12,864 bases of DNA from Candidatus Methylomirabilis sp. (lineage in GTDB: Bacteria > Methylomirabilota > Methylomirabilia > Methylomirabilales > Methylomirabilaceae), in assembly GCA_041498975.1 (NCBI GenBank), contig JBGQJI010000066.1, positions 1-12,864 of the forward strand, in the 5' to 3' direction. The position numbers and the translations under genes are program-made. The stretch's first letter is position 1, and each line of letters starts with the position of its first letter. The notes beneath the pieces are model-generated. The model had not been told where the DNA came from, searched no databases, and was given only the letters and a program-made list of their open reading frames with translations. This document shows, piece after piece, positions 6,171 through 12,864 of this stretch.

Positions 6171-7250
6171 ATGGCGCGGATTGCGGTGCTGCCAGGAGAT
6201 GGTGTCGGACCGGAGGTCGTGCGGGAAGCGGTCAAGGTCCTTCAGGTTGCGGGCGGCCGCTTCGGCATTGCTCTGGAGTTCGAGGAGGCGGTCGTCGGAG
6301 GCATCGCCATTGACCGCAAGGGGACACCCCTTCCCCCGGACACGTGGAATCTCTGCCGAACGTCCGATGCCATCCTCTTCGGGGCGGTCGGCGGGCCACA
6401 GTGGGACAGCCTGCCGATTGATCGCCGTGCCGAGCGAGGCCTGCTCCGGCTCCGCAAGGAGCTGCAGCTCTATGCCAACCTCCGACCGGTGAAGCTCTTC
6501 CCCCCTCTGATCGATGCCTCGCCACTGAAGCGAGAGATCGTTGAAGGCGTCGATCTGCTGGTGCTCCGGGAGCTGACAGGAGGCCTCTACTATGCGGAGC
6601 CGAAAGGGATCAGGCCCGCCCCGGACGGCAGAGGCGAACAAGGCATCGATACCATGATTTACACCACGTGGGAGATCGAGCGGATCGCCCGGATCGGCTT
6701 TCGGCTTGCGGGACAGCGCCGGCGCCGCCTGACATCTGTCGATAAGGCCAACGTCCTGGCCACCTCCCAACTCTGGCGGCGTGTGGTGAGCGGCATGGCC
6801 AAGGACCATCCCGACATCGAACTGGAACACATCCTGGTGGACAACTGTTCGATGCAGCTCATCCGCGAACCGCGACACTTTGACGTGTTGCTAACCGAGA
6901 ACACCTTCGGCGACATCCTGAGCGACGAGGCCGCCATGCTTGCAGGCTCCATCGGGATGCTCCCTTCGGCCAGCCTGGGGGAGGGGCCTGGCCTCTACGA
7001 ACCGATCCACGGCGCAGCCCCGGACATCGCAGGACAGGACAAGGCCAATCCCCTGGCCGCCATCCTGTCAGCCGCGATGCTCCTCCGGCATTCACTGCAC
7101 CAGGAGGCCGCAGCGGTCGCCATCGAAAGAGCGGTCTCGAACGTCCTGGAGCAAGGCCACCGGACCGTGGACATCATGCAACAAGGGAAGAACCAGGTCG
7201 GCACTGCCCGCATGGGCGACATTGTGGCCGAACGCGTAGTGAAGGGCTAA
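6171..7250 (+). CDS. leuB: 3-isopropylmalate dehydrogenase (359 aa)
   Basis: ATG at 6171 after AGGAGGGG (6161-6168). Motifs IAVLPGDGVGPEV, GAVGGPQWD, ERGLLRLRK, YANLRP, RELTGGLYY, VDKANVL, VDN, ENTFGDILSDEA, GMLPSASLG and EPIHGAAPDIAG..KANP. Confidence 0.95.
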   Translation: MARIAVLPGDGVGPEVVREAVKVLQVAGGRFGIALEFEEAVVGGIAIDRKGTPLPPDTWNLCRTSDAILFGAVGGPQWDSLPIDRRAERGLLRLRKELQLYANLRPVKLFPPLIDASPLKREIVEGVDLLVLRELTGGLYYAEPKGIRPAPDGRGEQGIDTMIYTTWEIERIARIGFRLAGQRRRRLTSVDKANVLATSQLWRRVVSGMAKDHPDIELEHILVDNCSMQLIREPRHFDVLLTENTFGDILSDEAAMLAGSIGMLPSASLGEGPGLYEPIHGAAPDIAGQDKANPLAAILSAAMLLRHSLHQEAAAVAIERAVSNVLEQGHRTVDIMQQGKNQVGTARMGDIVAERVVKG

Positions 7251-7271
7251 GAGCGGAGGGCGGGCCTTCTG

Positions 7272-7805
7272 TCAGGAGCGGAGCGTGGGAGGGCTCGTAA
7301 TGTCGTTCGAAAGGATTGGCTCGACCTGGTGTGGAATCGCTGACGAGCGGGTTCGCCGGCGAAGCAGATACCAGACAATGGAAGCATTGATGACAAGCAC
7401 AAGAAGGTAGGTGAAGCGCAAAGACCGGATGACCTCGTAGACCTCAACGGGGATGAAGAGCCCCGTCGCTACGATCGTGAGCCACTCGGCCCACGCCTGC
7501 CTCAGATAGAGCCCCCAGGCCATCGCGAGAAGAAGGCCCGAATACAGGATGCTGCCGAGCCCTACCGCCACAATCTGTTTCGGAGAGACCCCCGTCAGCC
7601 ATTCAAGCACCACGACAAGATGGGCGTTCTCCGGATCGATCCCAAGTGAGTCGGCGGCCTGCTCGGCCAGATCCGAGATGTCCTTGTTAATGAGGGCAAA
7701 GACCCCGAGGCCGATCACGAAGAACAAGATCCCGTAGAATGCCTTGACGGCAATGATGCCCCGCAAGCCGATCTCGCTCGGGGTGCCCGGTTCACCTACG
7801 CTCAT
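7272..7805 (-). CDS. DUF2127-like integral membrane protein (177 aa)
   Basis: The ATG at 7805 overlaps the glcF stop (ATGA). Sequence GLRGIIAVKAFYG...YSGLLLAMAWGLYLRQAWAEWLTIVATGLFIPVEVYE...INASIVWYL has about four hydrophobic helices and matches my recollection of the DUF2127 pattern. Confidence 0.8.
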   Translation of the reverse strand: MSVGEPGTPSEIGLRGIIAVKAFYGILFFVIGLGVFALINKDISDLAEQAADSLGIDPENAHLVVVLEWLTGVSPKQIVAVGLGSILYSGLLLAMAWGLYLRQAWAEWLTIVATGLFIPVEVYEVIRSLRFTYLLVLVINASIVWYLLRRRTRSSAIPHQVEPILSNDITSPPTLRS

Positions 7806-9115
7806 GTCTTGGAGCCTCCCGCATCGAGCCCGTAGGCACGGGCCAGCAGCTCGGCCAGATGGACCACTTCGGTGGCAAGGCCGGCCTGTCGGATGCCGGC
7901 CTGGAGTTGCAGTTGGCAGCCTGGATTGGCCGTCACGATGATCTGGGCTCCTGTTCTTACAGCATGATCGAGCTTCGCCTTCAGGAACTGCTGCGAGAGC
8001 TCCGGGTTCAAGAGGTTGTAGATCCCGGCGCTGCCACAACAACGGTCCGCATCCCGCATCTCCTTGAACTCCAGGTCAGGGATCGACTTGAGGAGCTGCC
8101 TCGGCCCGCTTCTCACGCGCTGGCCGTGGGCCAGGTGGCAAGGATCCTGATACGTGACCGTCGTCTTCAGCCGCCCCGCTTCAGGAGCCTCCGGGTCAGC
8201 GGCAAGGAATTCAGCGAAATCTTTTACGGCGGCCCGGAATCGCCCCGCGCGCTCCTCCTCGGCCGTGCCGTGGAGTAACTCCGGGTACTCCTTCAGGGCG
8301 GCCCCGCACCCTGCAGCATTGACGATCACCGCATCGATTCCGGGATCTTTCTCAAAGGCCGCGAGATTGCGTCTGGCCAGCGCTAGGGCCTCATCACGCA
8401 GCCCGTTGTGGAGGTGAAGGGCGCCACAGCAGCTCTGCCCATCTGGCACCACCACCTCGTAGCCGTATTTGGACAGGACTGCCACGGTGTCGCGGTGGAC
8501 AGCCGGCAGAAGGACGGGCGCGACGCAGCCCCAGAAAAGGGCAACCCTCCCGCGCCGCGTGCCCGTGGGCTCGATGGATGTCACCTCACCAGGCGAAAAA
8601 GGCCTCGCCGAGAGGTCCGGCAGGAATGCCAACCAGTCCCGGAGCCGACCCAGGGCAAGGTGCCTGGCGACGGCCAGGAAGCCCAGGCGGTGTGCCTGGC
8701 GCAGGATCCCTCCGAGGAGTCGCAGGCGACCCGGGTGTGGCAGAAGTCGCCTGAACGCCAGATCGCGCACCAGCCGGGTCATGAGCGGAAGACGCCGGTT
8801 TTGCTCGACGACGGCTCTGGCCGCCTCGACCAGTGAGCCGAACGGCACTCCGGTCGGACAGACCGTCTCGCAGGCGCGGCAATCGAGACAGAGGTACATG
8901 TGCTTGGCGAATAGCGCGTCCGGCTGAAGACGGCCCTCCTGCACCGACTTCATCAGGAAGACCCGACCGCGTGGAGAGTCCATCTCCACTCCCAGCTCGC
9001 GGTAGGTCGGGCAGCTCGTGAGGCACATCCCGCACTGGACGCAGGTGTTGATCTTGTTCCGATCCAACAGCTCGAGGCCCCTTGCCGAACGCATGCCTGC
9101 CACGGCTCCTCTCAT
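7802..9115 (-). CDS. glcF: Glycolate oxidase iron-sulfur subunit (2x 4Fe-4S plus two CCG domains)
   Basis: CVQCGMCLTSCPTY, DSPRGR, CLDCRACETVCPTGV, SCCGAL, AAGCG, YQDPCHL, RCCGSAGIYN and ANPGC. The start at 9115 overlaps the upstream stop (ATGA); an alternative ATG at 9094 has an AGGAG upstream. Confidence 0.88.
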   Translation of the reverse strand: MRGAVAGMRSARGLELLDRNKINTCVQCGMCLTSCPTYRELGVEMDSPRGRVFLMKSVQEGRLQPDALFAKHMYLCLDCRACETVCPTGVPFGSLVEAARAVVEQNRRLPLMTRLVRDLAFRRLLPHPGRLRLLGGILRQAHRLGFLAVARHLALGRLRDWLAFLPDLSARPFSPGEVTSIEPTGTRRGRVALFWGCVAPVLLPAVHRDTVAVLSKYGYEVVVPDGQSCCGALHLHNGLRDEALALARRNLAAFEKDPGIDAVIVNAAGCGAALKEYPELLHGTAEEERAGRFRAAVKDFAEFLAADPEAPEAGRLKTTVTYQDPCHLAHGQRVRSGPRQLLKSIPDLEFKEMRDADRCCGSAGIYNLLNPELSQQFLKAKLDHAVRTGAQIIVTANPGCQLQLQAGIRQAGLATEVVHLAELLARAYGLDAGGSKT

Positions 9116-10377
9116 GGCACCATCACGCCATTTGGGTCGAACGATTGTTGGATCACACCCAAAGCCTCCATCAGCGAGGAGGCCGGAGTCTCTTCCTCCC
9201 CCAGGACGCGGCGGGCCGGGCCATAGGTGCGGAGGAGCTTTCCGCCGGCGTCGCGCAGTCGTTGCAGCCTTCTGCGAACCAAGGCGATCGCCTTCCCGCC
9301 CTCTCGCTCATTTACCGGGTCGGTGCCCACGAAGAAATGCAGCACTCCGGTTCCGGCATGCGCAAAGCAGGCCACGCAGGTTGACCTATCGGAAGTCAGT
9401 GTCTCCTGAAGGTCGGCGCGCGAGAACGGGGCCGGGAGTTGTTCAGAGACGACGGCTGCGACAGCCATTGCCCAGGTCGGGGTGGCCGCCATAAGCCGGG
9501 GAAGCAGCCTCCGCCGGAGCCCCCAAGCCTGGCTCACCTTGTCGTGATCGGTGAGGGTCAGGACACTGGCTTCACCCTGGTTGGCACACAGCCGCTCGAT
9601 CTGGCCATGCTGTCGCTTGACGGACGCCTCGACTCCGTCCAGCTCGAAGAGGAGCAAGCTTTCCGCTCGCGCCGGCTGCCGACGCGGAAGACCGAGCGAC
9701 GTCCACGCGTCGCGATCGACCTCGAGAGACTGAACATCCAGCAGTTCCATGGCGGCAGGGGTGATCCCGCTCTTCACCACCGCAAGGGCGACCGAGACCC
9801 CGGCTGAAAAACTTGAAAGGGTACAGAGGATGGTCTGGCGGCACTGTGGCTTTGGCAGCAGCCTCAGGACCGCACCGGTGATCACTCCAAACCGCGCGCC
9901 CGACCCCATCAGGAAGCGGGTCATATCGTAACCAGCCACGCTCTTTTGCATGTCGGCGCCGGTCCGTATCAGCTTCCCGCTCGGCAGCACCACGTCGAGC
10001 CCCAGGACGAAGTCCCGGGTCCCGCCGTATCTCAACTGGTGTGGCCCGGCGGCAGCGCAGGCGATGTTCCCGCCGATCGTGGAGGTATCGAGGCTGGTAG
10101 GGTCTGGCGGATAGAACAGCCCCTCCGCCTCCACAGCTTTGTGGACCGCTGCGGTCACAGCTCCCGCCTCCACCCTGGCCAGCAGGTTGCCCTTCTCGAT
10201 CGACGTGATCCGGTTCATCCGGGACAGGTCGAGAAGCAGGTCCGGAGCGGCGCCCTCGTCCGGAAGGATCTGCTCGAGCGTCCTGCCGCCCCTGACGCCG
10301 ACTCTTGTGCCCTTCGCCTGGGCGGACCCCAGGAGCTCTCCTACCTCTTCCCGTGTCCCGGGATGGACAACCCTCAC
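9112..10377 (-). CDS. glcE: FAD-binding oxidoreductase, GlcE-like second subunit (VAO/PCMH family)
   Basis: GTG start with GGGAG upstream. Motifs LDLSRMNRI, YPPDP...STIGGNIA and KSVAGYDMTRFLMGS. Ends FDPNGVMVP and lacks the EHG motif. Lies between glcD and glcF. Confidence 0.7.
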   Translation of the reverse strand: MRVVHPGTREEVGELLGSAQAKGTRVGVRGGRTLEQILPDEGAAPDLLLDLSRMNRITSIEKGNLLARVEAGAVTAAVHKAVEAEGLFYPPDPTSLDTSTIGGNIACAAAGPHQLRYGGTRDFVLGLDVVLPSGKLIRTGADMQKSVAGYDMTRFLMGSGARFGVITGAVLRLLPKPQCRQTILCTLSSFSAGVSVALAVVKSGITPAAMELLDVQSLEVDRDAWTSLGLPRRQPARAESLLLFELDGVEASVKRQHGQIERLCANQGEASVLTLTDHDKVSQAWGLRRRLLPRLMAATPTWAMAVAAVVSEQLPAPFSRADLQETLTSDRSTCVACFAHAGTGVLHFFVGTDPVNEREGGKAIALVRRRLQRLRDAGGKLLRTYGPARRVLGEEETPASSLMEALGVIQQSFDPNGVMVP

Positions 10378-10402
10378 GATGTCAGCTCCCTACACCTCAC
10401 AC

Positions 10403-10426
10403 GGGCGCAGCAAGCAGCGCCCCTAC
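10403..10426 (-). repeat. GTAG-type REP element, copy B
   Basis: The minus strand reads GTAG-GGGCGCTGC-TT-GCTGCGCCC, a stem with one T/T mismatch. It is 22/24 identical to 5934-5957. Confidence 0.78.
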
Positions 10427-10474
10427 CGCACCCGGCACCTCGCACCATGCGCTTCGCACCCCGCACCTCGCACT
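10426..10474 (+). repeat. Degenerate heptamer tandem array (YCGCACC-type, 7 units)
   Basis: CCGCACC CGGCACC TCGCACC ATGCGCT TCGCACC CCGCACC TCGCACT. Confidence 0.8.
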
Positions 10475-10478
10475 GTCT

Positions 10479-11897
10479 TCACGCGAGCCGTTTATCACCC
10501 TGGAACGCTTCAGCGCCTGGCTCGACGAGGACTTTATACGGGTTCATCAACTGCCGAGGATTGAAAGCATCCCGCACCTTCCGCATGGCGTCCGCCCCAT
10601 CTTCCCCGATCTCCCACGAAAGGAACTTGACCTTGGTGAGCCCGATTCCGTGCTCGCCAGTTACCGACCCTCCCAGCCGGAGCACCAGCCGGAACAGGTC
10701 TGACACCGCCTCCTCCGCTCGCCGCTTCTGCTCCGGTTCATCGTCCACCAGGAAGCTGGTGTGGAGATTGCCGTCCCCGGCGTGCCCATAATTAACCACC
10801 CTGAGACGGTGTCGTCGCGCGAGGTCCTCGATGAGATGAAGCGCCTCTGCGAGCCTTCCCCTCGGAACCACGACATCCTCGTTGATCTTGATGTCGGCCG
10901 CGCGGGAGACGGTGGGACTCAACATGCTCCGCAATCCCCACAGCATCTCTTGCTCCTGGGCGGAGCGCGAGGTCTGCAGCGTCTTCACCCCCACATTGCG
11001 ACAGATCGCCTCGATCTGAGCCGCTTCCTCTTCGACCCCTTCCCTGTCCCCGTCAACCTCGACTAACAGCAGGGCAGCCGCCTCCCGGTCCAGACCCACC
11101 TTGTAGAAGTCGTCCACCAGCCGCATGGCAAAGCCGTCCATGAACTCGAGCTTCGCCGGAACCAGCCCTGCCGAGAAGATCTCGTGCACCGCTTCTCCCA
11201 CCTGCTCGATCCTGAACATGGTGGCCGCCAGCGAGCTTCTGGCCGGTGGGATCGGGTGCAGCTTCAGGTAGGCTTTGGTGACGATCCCAAGGGTGCCTTC
11301 AGAGCCGACCACAAGGCCGATGAGCGCCGATTCTGGCCATCGCAGATAGCCGAGGGGGCCAGTGTCCACCAGGCGGCCATCCGGGAAGACCACCTCGAGC
11401 CCCTGGACGAAGTCCTTGGTCACGCCGTATTTCAAGCAGCGTGGCCCGCCAGCGCATTCAGCGATATTGCCGCCCAGCGTCGAGACGCGAAAGCTGCTGG
11501 GATCAGGGGGGTAGAACAGGCCATAGGGCTGGACGGCCGCCTGCAAATCCCCGTTGACGACGCCCGGCTCAACGACCGCCAGGCGGCTGTCGGCGTGAAT
11601 CTCCAGGATATGGTTCATCAGAGTCAGGGAGAGAACGATCCCGCCAGACACCGGCAGCGGCCCGCCCGTGGTACATGTCGCAGCGCCTCGTGGAACCACC
11701 GGCACGCTCTCTTCCATCGCGGCGCGCACCACCTCGGCGACCTGCCTTGCGGAGGTCGGCTCCACGACCAGATCCGGCAGGAAGCTCATGCGCGTGGCAT
11801 CGTAGGAGTAGCAATAAAGGTCACCCGGCTCCGAGAGGACTTTCCCGTCGGAGACGATCTGCCGGATCTTCTGCGTGAGTGCCGGACTGATCTTCAT
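10479..11897 (-). CDS. glcD: Glycolate oxidase / D-2-hydroxyacid dehydrogenase FAD-linked subunit (472 aa)
   Basis: Likely start MKISPAL at 11897. Motifs YSYDA, PRGAAT..TGG, YPPDPSS...STLGGNIAECAGG..CLKYGVT, GSEGTLG, EDVVVPR, GHAGDGNLH, GEHGIG and MNPYK. Confidence 0.88.
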   Translation of the reverse strand: MKISPALTQKIRQIVSDGKVLSEPGDLYCYSYDATRMSFLPDLVVEPTSARQVAEVVRAAMEESVPVVPRGAATCTTGGPLPVSGGIVLSLTLMNHILEIHADSRLAVVEPGVVNGDLQAAVQPYGLFYPPDPSSFRVSTLGGNIAECAGGPRCLKYGVTKDFVQGLEVVFPDGRLVDTGPLGYLRWPESALIGLVVGSEGTLGIVTKAYLKLHPIPPARSSLAATMFRIEQVGEAVHEIFSAGLVPAKLEFMDGFAMRLVDDFYKVGLDREAAALLLVEVDGDREGVEEEAAQIEAICRNVGVKTLQTSRSAQEQEMLWGLRSMLSPTVSRAADIKINEDVVVPRGRLAEALHLIEDLARRHRLRVVNYGHAGDGNLHTSFLVDDEPEQKRRAEEAVSDLFRLVLRLGGSVTGEHGIGLTKVKFLSWEIGEDGADAMRKVRDAFNPRQLMNPYKVLVEPGAEAFQGDKRLA

Positions 11898-11986
11898 ATT
11901 CGATCCACTGTCAGTGCCTTGAGTTCTTTGTGTGATCCCGCCGCCCTGCGGCATGCCGTGGCGGCAACTCTTCTTTTTCCAGTGCT

Positions 11987-12015
11987 CTTGTACAATGGGG
12001 GTCCGGGGCTGTCAA
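11987..12015 (-). promoter_or_regulatory. Putative sigma70 promoter of the glc operon
   Basis: Minus-strand TTGACA (12015-12010), 17-bp spacer, TACAAG (11992-11987), about 90 nt upstream of the glcD ATG. Confidence 0.5.
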
Positions 12016-12148
12016 GGATCAAGACCCGCCGTCATCGGCAGATCAAGGCGTCGGAAGGAATGAGCTGGTGGACAACAAAAGCGTGGAATACTGTGGGAGC
12101 CGCGAGAAGGGAATATATTGTTCGTGCTGAATCCTTGTCTACTCCTTC

Positions 12149-12206
12149 TGTGAACCGTGAACGCCTTCTTGTTTTGTCTATGAACTCTGAACTATTAACT
12201 CTGAAC
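12149..12206 (+). repeat. Degenerate heptamer arrays (xxTGAAC-type, 2+4 units)
   Basis: TGTGAAC CGTGAAC (12149-12162) and TATGAAC TCTGAAC TATTAAC TCTGAAC (12179-12206). Confidence 0.75.
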
Positions 12207-12209
12207 GTT

Positions 12210-12863
12210 TCACCTGACCTGACTCAGCCGATCCTTCGCCCACTTGGCCTCCTGGGACTTCGGGAATTGCTTGAGCAGGTTGTTAAGCACTGTTCGAGCT
12301 TTGGCCTTGTCCCCGATCTCGAAGTATGCGTACCCCTGCTTCAGCATGGCACTGGCCACCTTGGAATTATCGGGGTGTTCCTTCACCAGAAGATCGAATT
12401 CCTTGATTGCCTGATCGTAGTTCTTCAGGCTGTAATACGACTCGCCGAGCCAGTATTGGGCATTTGGTTGCAGGCTGGTCTTGGGGTAGAGCGCGATGTA
12501 ACTTCGGAATCCGCTGATCGCGAAGTCGTAGTTCCCCTTCGTGTAATCGTTGAGGGCGCTCCTGTACAGATCGCCAGGATTCGACGCGCTGGCCACCGGC
12601 CTGGCAGGTGAGGCAGGGGTGACAGCAGAAGGCGCCGCTGCCGGAGGAGGGGATGGAGCTGTGCGAGGAGCAGATGTGGGGGTCTCACCCCCCCGAACCG
12701 GAGCAGGAGGGGGCGGCGGTAGCGGGACCACCTTGGGAGGCACGATCTGGGGGGCCGGCGGTGTGGGGACCCGACGAGAAGATGCCGTCGGTTCCGCGGG
12801 AGCCGGAGCTGGCGGAGGCGCCGGCGACGCTGGCGCGACCACCTTGGGAGGCACGATCTGGGC
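12210..12863 (-). CDS. cpoB: Tol-Pal-associated cell division coordinator CpoB/YbgF (5'-truncated): Pro/Ala-rich linker plus TPR domain
   Basis: The frame is open to the window edge. The C-terminal LY..AL..Y..GNY..AI..F..YI..YP.....NAQYWLGESYY...Y..A...F......P...KVASAMLKQG.......A...L..L..QFPKS..A..AKDRL pattern is typical of the YbgF TPR domain. Confidence 0.85.
   Translation of the reverse strand, partial: AQIVPPKVVAPASPAPPPAPAPAEPTASSRRVPTPPAPQIVPPKVVPLPPPPPAPVRGGETPTSAPRTAPSPPPAAAPSAVTPASPARPVASASNPGDLYRSALNDYTKGNYDFAISGFRSYIALYPKTSLQPNAQYWLGESYYSLKNYDQAIKEFDLLVKEHPDNSKVASAMLKQGYAYFEIGDKAKARTVLNNLLKQFPKSQEAKWAKDRLSQVR
12726..12862 (-). repeat. Exact 26-bp direct repeat in the cpoB linker (QIVPPKVV x2)
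   Basis: GACCACCTTGGGAGGCACGATCTGGG at 12726-12751 and 12837-12862, 111 nt (37 codons) apart. Confidence 0.9.
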
Positions 12864-12864
12864 C

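Noticed and set aside
6033..6878. 281-aa minus-strand ORF
   Set aside because: Antisense shadow of leuB running into intergenic repeats, with no recognisable motifs.
7251..7271. Possible bidirectional terminator between leuB and DUF2127
   Set aside because: Only a weak G-U-rich 6-bp stem (GGAGGG/CCTTCT) without U-tracts.
7806..8042. 79-aa N-terminal extension of the DUF2127 ORF
   Set aside because: It overlaps glcF in another frame. The ATGA-coupled start at 7805 is more plausible.
11898..11954. Extended glcD start (MPQGGGITQRTQGT) and a possible 9-mer repeat ACACAAAGA/ACTCAAGGC
   Set aside because: GlcD-like sequence begins near MKISP, and the 9-mer similarity is too degenerate to call.
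11184..12611. 475-aa plus-strand ORF spanning glcD, the spacer and cpoB
   Set aside because: It is antisense to two well-supported genes and has no recognisable domain. Long shadow ORFs are common in GC-rich DNA.
1..12864. Taxonomic assignment (style reminiscent of Methylomirabilota/NC10 or Deltaproteobacteria-like genomes)
   Set aside because: No marker gene is present, so this cannot be supported without a database search. CpoB indicates only a diderm envelope.

Overview
This GC-rich bacterial window has two parts. Left (1-5908, + strand): three tandem genes for probably exported proteins with unrelated N-terminal cargo domains. These are an uncharacterised beta-rich 'NRWGDY' domain (5'-truncated), a GGGI-repeat beta-helix with a choice-of-anchor-Q-like cap, and a PQQ-dependent glucose/sorbosone-type dehydrogenase. 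All three carry the same 223-224 aa module of four DUF4214-like helical repeats (copies 1 and 3 about 80% identical by hand alignment, with patchwork similarity among copies). This looks like a modular 'variable cargo + common anchor' surface-display locus. Genes 2 and 3 each have their own sigma70-like promoter: gene 2 has a structured 5' leader, and gene 3 appears leaderless with a palindrome over its -10/ATG. Right (6171-12864): leuB (+) converges on a minus-strand glcD / glcE-like / glcF / DUF2127 operon, followed by the 3' part of cpoB (ybgF) with a long duplicated Pro-rich linker. Three spacers contain small repeats: two copies of a GTAG-type REP, three different period-7 arrays, a GTCATTGCG..GCAATC element and a 12-bp CCCTCTCCCCAG hairpin. 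No rRNA, tRNA, CRISPR array or transposase was found. All family assignments come from motif recognition by eye, not from database searches.
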